From: a virus
DNA length: 64,000 nt
Strand: one strand, 5' to 3'
IMG/VR virus record: IMGVR_UViG_3300027792_000010
Below the pieces are notes generated by a model, which was given only the letters and a program-made list of their open reading frames with translations, was not told the origin of the DNA and searched no databases. Positions 56,730 to 64,000 of the stretch are shown here, one piece after another. How positions within the stretch are numbered: position 1 is the stretch's first letter; each line of letters begins with the position of its first letter. Position numbers and translations under genes: made by a program.

Positions 56730-57258
56730 AATCTGGATATTTTTTCTTCATCTCAATATCTTCCCAGTTCACAGGAGTACCTTTTTCGTATATAGGTAAA
56801 ACGCTCAAATCTATATAGCACCCCTCACCTAACTGAATAGCCCAAGCCCATCTCCCATGAGGTTTTGGACCTGGATAATCTTTTTCTATCGTACCATTAC
56901 AAGCACCTATAAAAGATTTAACAAATGTTAAAGTATCTGAAGCCTTTTCTGTCCAGGGTACTGCTATCAGGTCAAAATCTCTCTTCATACTACCGTGGAT
57001 CGCCAGGGCATACCCGTGTTCTTTCGATACCTGAGATAGCCATGGATACATCTGAGCATAAAACCAGGGTAGTACCTTTGTATTGTTGACTATTTTAGGC
57101 TGTCCTCTAAGTTGATCTGCCCAAGCTATAGCATCAGACGCATCTTCATGACATTTTTTACAATCCTGTTTTACTGCTTCATATCCTCTATCTCGGCATC
57201 TTTTAAAACCACCACAGACATTGCCTTCGGACGGAGAAACATCTTTTTCACCTACCAT
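56722..57258 (-). CDS. hypothetical phage protein
   Basis: GYALAIHGSMKRDFDLIAVPW; nucleotidyltransferase-like DxD. Confidence 0.7.
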   Translation of the reverse strand: MVGEKDVSPSEGNVCGGFKRCRDRGYEAVKQDCKKCHEDASDAIAWADQLRGQPKIVNNTKVLPWFYAQMYPWLSQVSKEHGYALAIHGSMKRDFDLIAVPWTEKASDTLTFVKSFIGACNGTIEKDYPGPKPHGRWAWAIQLGEGCYIDLSVLPIYEKGTPVNWEDIEMKKKYPDYV

Positions 57259-57267
57259 CTTTACTCC

Positions 57268-58608
57268 TCAGTTGATACTGTAGTTTGCCCTAATATACAA
57301 CAATGCTTGTTCTTTTGTTGTAACAGTACCTTCCAATTGTTCAGTGTCTACTGCTTCAAGAATCTCTTTGAATTTAGGTCCGGGTTTGAAACCCATAGCA
57401 ATAAGGTCATTACCATCTACCAATCTATCTGGAAGGATGACCTTACCTCCTGGTTCCTCTGCAAAAGAATCCATAGCTTCTTTAACAAACTGCAAATTAT
57501 CTAATCCTCCATGAGAAGACAAACAATCAGCCTTGTGAAGTTGCAAGTGCTCTTCAAATCTATCCATAGCTATAAATCTCTTAAGCGTGGACTTCCTCAT
57601 GTCCCGTATTACACAGAACTTCATATGGTTCTCAATTAGGGAACAAACCCTATCTATAAAATAATTTGAAAACTTCAACCTGGTTAATAGCTCTCTGGCT
57701 ATATGAGAGCCTTTAATATCATGTCCATTGAACACTAACCGACCTTTCCTATCATCCCAAGCTTTAGTAGTGGGCTTTCCCACATCATGCAACAAAGTAG
57801 CCCACAAAAGCTCTGGGGAGGCTTCTTTTGGGAGGTAATTCAAGGTGAGACAGGTGTGTTTACCGACGCACCCTTCTGGATGAAAGTCCACAGGCTGCTC
57901 ACACCCAAACATATCTTGAATTTCTGGCAGGATATGCTTTAGTATACCAAAATGTTCCAAATCCTTAAGAGCTTCTCCTCTGACTTTACTTTGTTCCAAT
58001 ATTTTTGTCAACTCATCTGCTATTCTCTCTACAGATATTTTCTTGATAAGGATACTATTATCCATTATAGCTTTCTCTGTATCGGAGTCCATAGAGAACC
58101 CCAAACGGTGTTTGAACCTTATGGCCCTCATTAATCTTAAGTGGTCTTCCAATATTCTCTCTTCAGGATCACCTATGAACCTAATTAATTTATCTTCTAT
58201 ATCTTTTCTACCGCCTACGTAATCATAGTACTCCTCAAGGGTAGGGTCATAAAAGATACCATTGATAGTGAGGTCTCTCCTGTTAGCATCCTCTTCCATA
58301 GTAGAAAACTCAACACTTGAAGGATGTCTACCATCCAAGTAAATACCTGCGTCTCTTCTAAAAGTAGCGACCTCAAATTGAATCCCATCAAGTATAACAA
58401 TTATTACGCCAAAAGCTTTCCCTACTTCTATATTATTAGGGAACAGTTCCTGAACTTGGTGAGGAAAAGCAGAGGTAGCTATATCATAATCATGCGGCAT
58501 AACACCCATAATTTGGTCACGATTGCAACCGCCAGCAAATACCGCTTGATATCCTGCGCTCTGTAGAATTTTAATAATACCTACAGCAAGTTCTTTTTGC
58601 TTATCCAT
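57268..58608 (-). CDS. cca: CCA tRNA nucleotidyltransferase with HD domain
   Basis: AGGCNRD, HDYDIAT, RRDLTING, DHLRLMRAIRF, LLHDVGK. Confidence 0.93.
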   Translation of the reverse strand: MDKQKELAVGIIKILQSAGYQAVFAGGCNRDQIMGVMPHDYDIATSAFPHQVQELFPNNIEVGKAFGVIIVILDGIQFEVATFRRDAGIYLDGRHPSSVEFSTMEEDANRRDLTINGIFYDPTLEEYYDYVGGRKDIEDKLIRFIGDPEERILEDHLRLMRAIRFKHRLGFSMDSDTEKAIMDNSILIKKISVERIADELTKILEQSKVRGEALKDLEHFGILKHILPEIQDMFGCEQPVDFHPEGCVGKHTCLTLNYLPKEASPELLWATLLHDVGKPTTKAWDDRKGRLVFNGHDIKGSHIARELLTRLKFSNYFIDRVCSLIENHMKFCVIRDMRKSTLKRFIAMDRFEEHLQLHKADCLSSHGGLDNLQFVKEAMDSFAEEPGGKVILPDRLVDGNDLIAMGFKPGPKFKEILEAVDTEQLEGTVTTKEQALLYIRANYSIN

Positions 58609-59165
58609 TAGTTAAGTCCTATTGTACTTTTCAAATATTGTTTAGAGGGTATCCACTCTTTAATATCCATAGAGAATACCTCATCTACATTCCGTATGAT
58701 CTGATATGAATGCGTCGTTAATACTATCTGACAGTTTCGCTCTATAACCTCCTCAAATATTTTAAGCACTTTGACCTGATTAGTCAAAGACAACCCAGCT
58801 TCCGGTTCATCTATAATAAGAATAAGGTCTTTAAACTCTATTGCGGCCTTTAATAATGGCAATATAGCTTCACCATGAGACATAAAATGAGAAGTCACGG
58901 TAAAACGTGCGTTTTTAGAGGACGCCACACTCTGAAACCGAGGATTCATTTTCTCGGTATCCAGGAATCTGGTTTGGACTTTATCTGCCTCTATTCTCTT
59001 TAGCTTCTTATCTGGTTCAGAATTCAACAAGTGTAAAAGGGATGATTTACCTGAGCCATTCTCTCCTACAATTACATTCATCCCAGGATGGAATTTTACC
59101 TCGAATGGAGAAATACCCCGGTAAGGAACCTCTAGGGTAAATGACTTTAAAAAATGGGCGTACAT
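58608..59165 (-). CDS. ABC/AAA-type ATPase (cytoplasmic, single domain)
   Basis: GENGSGKS, MSHGE, IDEPE, TTHS. Confidence 0.85.
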   Translation of the reverse strand: MYAHFLKSFTLEVPYRGISPFEVKFHPGMNVIVGENGSGKSSLLHLLNSEPDKKLKRIEADKVQTRFLDTEKMNPRFQSVASSKNARFTVTSHFMSHGEAILPLLKAAIEFKDLILIIDEPEAGLSLTNQVKVLKIFEEVIERNCQIVLTTHSYQIIRNVDEVFSMDIKEWIPSKQYLKSTIGLN

Positions 59166-59306
59166 AAAAAATCCTCCCTTATTAGGAAGTAATATACTAT
59201 TTGGGAATTAAAATTGAAAGTAGGATAAAGATACAGGTCTCTGTAGTTTATATAATCTGCTATGTTTGCTGCAGCTCCGCCTACATAAAGGTATTACAGA
59301 AATAAA

Positions 59307-59380
59307 TACGCTAGGCAAGATTCGAACTTGCGTTGTAGCTTTCGTAGAGCTATGCCTTTAATCCAATAGGCTACTAGCGC
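59307..59380 (-). tRNA. tRNA-Arg(ACG)
   Basis: Loop CTACGAA. Confidence 0.92.
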
Positions 59381-59386
59381 ATATTT

Positions 59387-59875
59387 TCAATACCCTAATA
59401 ATAGTAAAGCTTTATCTATGTCTAAATCAGAAAGCCCTATTAAGCTATCTGTTAGTACTAAATGATCTTTTAAATCTCCCAAATCATGATCCTCATCATC
59501 TATTATTATGTACTTACCCTTAAACTTGTTAGACCTTAACCAACTTTTTATTTCATCACTTCTATTATGGCTTATACGATTAGTATTTTTTAGTCTTACA
59601 CCGCAAGGGATCATTCCTATTATTTTATCTATGGGTACTGTTATAGCATCTACTGCAAAAGGATTGACACCATGTATAGCTCCATTTATCCTAAATATAT
59701 CTTTTAGCTTTTCCAATCCTGTTACATCTGACATCCAGCTACTTGTTATTACTAAGTTAGCATCTGTTATATCAATAAGTCTATTTAGTCTTTTTATAGT
59801 ATCTAAATCAAAATATAAATAGTCAGTATTTGCGGTACACAGCACCCCATCAATGTCTAAAAAGATAATATTCAT
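59387..59875 (-). CDS. HAD-family phosphatase (RNA-repair 'Swiss army knife' type)
   Basis: IFLDIDGVL, VITSSW, IIIDDE; start moved off tRNA-Val. Confidence 0.85.
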   Translation of the reverse strand: MNIIFLDIDGVLCTANTDYLYFDLDTIKRLNRLIDITDANLVITSSWMSDVTGLEKLKDIFRINGAIHGVNPFAVDAITVPIDKIIGMIPCGVRLKNTNRISHNRSDEIKSWLRSNKFKGKYIIIDDEDHDLGDLKDHLVLTDSLIGLSDLDIDKALLLLGY

Positions 59876-59895
59876 GTTATCACTTTCTATTTTAA

Positions 59896-59968
59896 TAGGC
59901 TTATTCGGATTCGAACTGAAGACCTCCTGCACGTCGAGCAGGCGCTCTTCCAATTGAGCTATAAGCCC
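59896..59968 (-). tRNA. tRNA-Val(GAC)
   Basis: Loop TCGACGT; one T-stem mismatch. Confidence 0.88.
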
Positions 59969-60244
59969 AACTAATCTATTTTTTCATGTCTAGATTGTTT
60001 TACTATTTTATAATGACTCCTCGAAGGGTCATAGCTACTTCTAGCCTCTCCGGGCTTACCGACCTCAGCAGCGTAAGACCGTTCAAGTCTATCATACCCA
60101 CGTTTAACAATCTCATCAATTTTCTGGCTACTCATAAATACCTCTACTAAGATTAAAGGTTACTGTTTACTCTTCATATTGTCCTATAAGGTCTTTTGGA
60201 AGGTTTAGTTATCTATAACATCAAAATTCAGTATACTTAAAGAA

Positions 60245-60820
60245 CTAAAGCCCACTATTATTACCCCATAAATAATAACTAAGCATATCGGCGCTATTTA
60301 AAATAACAGATAGTGTAGTCATACTAGTACCTTTGCTATACACTGAGGATAAATCAAAACTATACCCTCCATGATGGTGATCTATAGCCTCAATATGTTT
60401 ATCTGTAAGCTGTATCCCATTCCTAAAGCACTCTGCTACTGCCTTACTATTCTCCGCGTAGGGAGGAATATCTTTTCTATACTCGAATAGTTGATTACTC
60501 TTAGGCTCTTTAAGAAGTTCGTATCGCCATAGTTTATCCAGGTCATGCACAAAGGACACTAAAACTACATCGTCTATGTTAAAATCCTTTATTTCTTCAT
60601 AAGAGGAAGCTGTCTTGTATAAAGAGATGCCTAATTCCATTACTTGTGCTGTATGGTCACCCCACCCAGCTCTCCACCAGTGGTGATACTTTCTGGCTGA
60701 AGGATAGAAATCTATCTTATCCTTCAGGGTATAGTACGCACCTATCAAACTATCAAGGAGCGTACTACTCGTAATGTTATCTTCAAAGATCTTAGGTATG
60801 TCTGTTCCGCGTGGAATCAT
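60245..60820 (-). CDS. HD-domain phosphohydrolase
   Basis: HT...FVHDLDK...HHGG...AD. Confidence 0.82.
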   Translation of the reverse strand: MIPRGTDIPKIFEDNITSSTLLDSLIGAYYTLKDKIDFYPSARKYHHWWRAGWGDHTAQVMELGISLYKTASSYEEIKDFNIDDVVLVSFVHDLDKLWRYELLKEPKSNQLFEYRKDIPPYAENSKAVAECFRNGIQLTDKHIEAIDHHHGGYSFDLSSVYSKGTSMTTLSVILNSADMLSYYLWGNNSGL

Positions 60821-60847
60821 TGTTATCCCTACCTTTCAAAAATGTAA

Positions 60848-60920
60848 TAGACGTTGAGGGATTCGAACCCCCGACATCCGCGATGTAAACACGGCACTCT
60901 ACCAACTGAGTTAAACGTCC
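60848..60920 (-). tRNA. tRNA-Val(UAC)
   Basis: Loop TTTACAT. Confidence 0.93.
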
Positions 60921-61120
60921 ATCAGTTTCTTATTTATTTCTGCGATTTCTTCCTCTTTTTTTCTTTTCTCCCTAACACACTCTCTTCTGGTATGAGTAAG
61001 CCATTCCGGGGCATCTGTAAAAGAATCATCCCAGGTATACCCCTCAATAGAATGATTCAGACTTAGTATTTCATCATATAGCTCACTCTTACGCTCTAAT
61101 AGCTGCTTTCTTTTTTTCAT
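60911..61120 (-). CDS. hypothetical coiled-coil protein
   Basis: AAGGA RBS; 3' end overlaps the tRNA-Val 5' end by 10 nt. Confidence 0.55.
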   Translation of the reverse strand: MKKRKQLLERKSELYDEILSLNHSIEGYTWDDSFTDAPEWLTHTRRECVREKRKKEEEIAEINKKLMDV

Positions 61121-61144
61121 TACAATTTTTCCTTAATTATATTG

Positions 61145-61216
61145 TGGGACCGGAGAGATTCGAACTCTCGGTACCCGTATTAAAAGTACGGGGCCTTACC
61201 ACTTGGCTACGATCCC
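61145..61216 (-). tRNA. tRNA-Lys(UUU)
   Basis: Loop CTTTTAA. Confidence 0.95.
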
Positions 61217-61331
61217 AGAATTTAATCCTGAGTTCGTATAATGGTAACTACAAACTCAGGCTATCGTTTATACCTTTTTAGACGTTTCATAAACAAAACT
61301 ACTTTCATATATAGTTAAATTTTTAAATTAA

Positions 61332-61404
61332 TACCCCTGGAAGGACTCGAACCTTCAACTCCTTGCTTAAGAGGCAAGTACTCTAACCATTGAGTTACAG
61401 AGGC
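61332..61404 (-). tRNA. tRNA-Lys(CUU)
   Basis: Loop CTCTTAA. Confidence 0.93.
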
Positions 61405-61455
61405 GATTTTAGACGTTTCTTATTTTTACTACTTTTCCACACGACCCCATAAAAC

Positions 61456-61490
61456 AAAAAAGCCCCAGAGAAAAATCTCCTGGGGCCTTT
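61456..61490 (-). terminator. attenuator 4 intrinsic terminator
   Basis: GGCCCCAGGAGA...TCTCTGGGGCTTTTTTG. Confidence 0.92.
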
Positions 61491-61514
61491 ATCTAAAGCT
61501 ATTTAGCTTCATGT

Positions 61515-61595
61515 TCAGATAAAAGAACCCCAGGGGCTACCTTTATGGCGCTTTGCTACGACTTTTACCTTTACCACAAACAAACTCATAAACAT
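61515..61595 (-). CDS. attenuator leader peptide 4 (26 aa) MFMSLFVVKVKVVAKRHKGSPWGSFI
   Basis: AAGGAG RBS; antiterminator CCTGGGGT (61527-61534). Confidence 0.9.
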   Translation of the reverse strand: MFMSLFVVKVKVVAKRHKGSPWGSFI

Positions 61596-61614
61596 AATAT
61601 ACTCCTTGTATCAT

Positions 61615-61643
61615 AATATACCACTTTGCCGGGTAAAGATCAA
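61615..61643 (-). promoter_or_regulatory. sigma70 promoter of attenuator 4
   Basis: TTGATC-N17-TATATT with AAGTGG before -10. Confidence 0.85.
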
Positions 61644-61652
61644 AATATTTTT

Positions 61653-62126
61653 TCACTTTTTATATCGCTCAGGTATATTCAAACTTTTAGTACTCTTGGT
61701 AAGCTTTACTTTTGCATCATCATAAGCACGAGCGGCATCGATCTCATCAGGAAATACTCCCAATTCATAATTTTTACCTTTGAAGTGTAAACGGGCTCTC
61801 CACTTAGTCCCATCCTGTTTGGTGACACCACGAAATTTAGATACTGAGGATGTGTGCTTTTTATGGCCTATACCCTGTTTTTTAAGGATAGGTTGTTTTG
61901 TTACAAGATTAAAAGGTTGGGGAGTATCCCCGCTGACGCTATTTAGTATTCCATCAGGAACTACCTCTTCTTTTATATCTGTTTCTAAAGCGTTTCTTAC
62001 TATACAGTCCCCATCATACCCCAACCCATCCAGATAGTCCTGTATACTTTTAATCTCAGTCACACATGCAACTAATCTGCTTTCCAAGGCCGTTTTTACT
62101 ACATCTTTCACGTTTTGCGGTATCAT
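61653..62126 (-). CDS. AP2 DNA-binding domain protein
   Basis: SKFRGV...KWRARL...LGVFPDEIDAARAYD. Confidence 0.85.
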   Translation of the reverse strand: MIPQNVKDVVKTALESRLVACVTEIKSIQDYLDGLGYDGDCIVRNALETDIKEEVVPDGILNSVSGDTPQPFNLVTKQPILKKQGIGHKKHTSSVSKFRGVTKQDGTKWRARLHFKGKNYELGVFPDEIDAARAYDDAKVKLTKSTKSLNIPERYKK

Positions 62127-62146
62127 ACGCCATCCTTATTGTTAAT

Positions 62147-62758
62147 TTATCCTATAAATACGTAGAACTCATCTTCTGATCGTACCAAAGCCTCTTTCTG
62201 GGACATAGAATAATAACTTCCACGATCTACAAGGATTATCCCAGGTTTTACGCTCCCGCTATCTTCGGAATTGAAGATGTTACTTAGAAGTCTATCCTTA
62301 AGGGGGGAAGAAGCTACCTCACTATCGATTATCGTCTTTATATCGGAAAATAATGCACTACTATTGCACAGAATCCTTGCATTCTGATAATACTTCGCAA
62401 GGTGCAAAAGAAGGCTTGTATTACATGTCCTTCTCGGGAGAGATAAAGAAATACAGCAGAATTCTTTAATATAAGATAGTTTTCCCTTATAACTCTCAAA
62501 CTCTGCCCTACGAGGGCTTGTCAATACTGCCCCGATAGTGGTAGTTATGAGGTCAAAAGCAGATTCATGCATCCCATCTAAGATACTGGATGAGATCCAT
62601 GAGTCAGAGTCATCCTCATTTATTTTATCCATAGTCTTCTCTAAGATACCTATAGTACCCTTGATTAAATTTCTTGCAGCGGTCAAACCTGACTTTGTTA
62701 AATCTGGTATTATTTCGTCTGTAATTTTATTAAGTATCTTATCAGAATTAACTCCCAT
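62147..62758 (-). CDS. hypothetical protein
   Basis: AAGGAG RBS; 203 aa. Confidence 0.7.
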   Translation of the reverse strand: MGVNSDKILNKITDEIIPDLTKSGLTAARNLIKGTIGILEKTMDKINEDDSDSWISSSILDGMHESAFDLITTTIGAVLTSPRRAEFESYKGKLSYIKEFCCISLSLPRRTCNTSLLLHLAKYYQNARILCNSSALFSDIKTIIDSEVASSPLKDRLLSNIFNSEDSGSVKPGIILVDRGSYYSMSQKEALVRSEDEFYVFIG

Positions 62759-62763
62759 ACCGA

Positions 62764-63297
62764 TTACTCCTTGTTATAAAATTTTTCCCATAGTTCTTTT
62801 ATGGCTATGATATGTAGACTTATAGCTTGAGGGGTCATACCTAACGCCTCTGCTATCTCTACACCACTCATACCTTTTGCCGTAAGATCTAATATCTTCT
62901 TTCTTTTACCTGAGACACCACCTGACCTTTGAATTTTATTATAAAAGACTTTCCAATCTATCTCTATATCGGATAGCTCAGAGATAAGATCTTCCTCCCC
63001 GTGAAGAATTTCATCATACTCTATTTTAGTTATGTTATAACCACTCTTATCGCTAGTTTCTCTCTTATGCTCATTCTGCATGAATCTAAACATACAAGTA
63101 GATATGTAGGTTTTAAAGGTTCCCTGTTTCTTGTCAAACCTCGTAAGGACATCATTCTCCAGCATATGAATAATAAGTTTACTAATAAAGTCTTCAATGA
63201 AATCTTGGTTTTTGATGCCAGTCTTCCATATTAACATCTTTCTAAGATCGCCTACGTTCTCTCGGAAGAAAATTTCGTAGTTAGTTGTTTCTTTCAT
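62764..63297 (-). CDS. sigma70-family (ECF-like) sigma factor
   Basis: Region-2-like FDKKQGTFKTYI; C-terminal HTH GMSGVEIAEALGMTPQAI. Confidence 0.7.
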   Translation of the reverse strand: MKETTNYEIFFRENVGDLRKMLIWKTGIKNQDFIEDFISKLIIHMLENDVLTRFDKKQGTFKTYISTCMFRFMQNEHKRETSDKSGYNITKIEYDEILHGEEDLISELSDIEIDWKVFYNKIQRSGGVSGKRKKILDLTAKGMSGVEIAEALGMTPQAISLHIIAIKELWEKFYNKE

Positions 63298-63344
63298 TAA
63301 GGTACTCCGAGAGAATATATAATTAGTATCTTCACTATATTAGT

Positions 63345-63995
63345 TTAGAACTTATTTTTTTTCATAGGTGCTGATAACTTATACTCATCTATAAATCTAT
63401 CATATACCATATTGTATATCTGACCATTCTTCGGGTTACGAAGAAGTTCAAACTCTTCTACAGTCCAATGAAACCACCTCATCAAAAATACTCTAATAGC
63501 AATCCCATGAGATACTATAATTACATTATTTGGAAAGTCTCTTTTCTCAAAGTCTCTATGTAAGGTTCCAAAGAATGAAGAGATACGATCAAATACGTCT
63601 GCTCCTGATTCTCCATTTTTTATTCTATAGAAAAAGGTACCATATGAGTCTCTCTCCTTATCTATTTCTCTTAATTCGCTAATATTTCCATAATTACCCC
63701 ATCCCTGTTCTCTTAATCTAGGGTCTTCGTGATATTTTGAAATAATAACTTTTTTATCTTCAAGAGTATCTCTTATAATTTTTGAAGTCTGCTGCGCTCT
63801 GAGCCAGGGAGATATATAAAAAGCAACAGAGATACCGTGAAGGTCAGAATAAAGTTTTTCTGCGGCAGCCTGAGCTTGCGTTATCCCTTTTTCAGTGAGG
63901 GGGACTTTCCAATCAGGTGTGGTCTCATAGATATTTTTATCTACATTGCCTACTGATTCACCATGACGTACTAAAAAAATGTTATAAGGCTTCAT
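63345..63995 (-). CDS. histidine phosphatase (phosphoglycerate mutase family)
   Basis: LVRHGES, SPWLRAQQT, LREQ, VSHG. Confidence 0.92.
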   Translation of the reverse strand: MKPYNIFLVRHGESVGNVDKNIYETTPDWKVPLTEKGITQAQAAAEKLYSDLHGISVAFYISPWLRAQQTSKIIRDTLEDKKVIISKYHEDPRLREQGWGNYGNISELREIDKERDSYGTFFYRIKNGESGADVFDRISSFFGTLHRDFEKRDFPNNVIIVSHGIAIRVFLMRWFHWTVEEFELLRNPKNGQIYNMVYDRFIDEYKLSAPMKKNKF

Positions 63996-64000
63996 TTATA

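Noticed and set aside
563-63234. Most plus-strand ORFs in the track (e.g. 563..820, 6466..6711, 17480..17773, 39047..39379, 45446..45784, 57112..57504)
   Set aside because: They are antisense shadows of well-supported minus-strand genes, without RBS or recognisable motifs; only 4868..5677 is accepted.
1-64000. Genome-wide TAG or TGA reassignment
   Set aside because: Conserved genes are full length under code 11 and several end in TAG or TGA at expected positions; no TAG-split gene was found in this window.

Overview
64-kb segment of an AT-rich jumbo (huge) bacteriophage genome. The assignment is inferred from 29 dispersed tRNA genes, no rRNA, nearly all genes on the minus strand, many tiny ORFs, and translation/RNA-repair auxiliary genes (bS21, Def, YqeY, ClpS, PTH2-like, CCA enzyme, two RNA ligases). 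Main discovery: four matching sigma70 promoter - leader peptide - antiterminator - intrinsic terminator units (ribosome-stalling attenuators) each sit at the head of one of the four tRNA blocks. The codons concentrated in each leader match the anticodons of the tRNAs downstream, down to isoacceptor level: Leu/Cys/Trp/Tyr/His/Ser-UCN/Thr/Ala; Phe/Asp/Met/Ile/Ser-AGY; Asn/Pro/Gln; Val/Lys/Arg. This suggests the phage senses which host aminoacyl-tRNAs are depleted and switches on the matching tRNA set. Other oddities: two tRNAs with 27-nt hairpin insertions inside the anticodon, three tRNAs with non-canonical long variable arms, an amber (CUA) tRNA, a circularly permuted tRNA-like (YrlA-like) RNA, 18 copies of a W-x-[AS]-D-D-P-W motif in otherwise unrelated small ORFs, a solo IS607-type tnpB plus a tnpB-less mini-element keeping the omegaRNA, and an array of small ORFs with integron attC-like sites. 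All calls were made by eye from the sequence and ORF track; no database searches were run.
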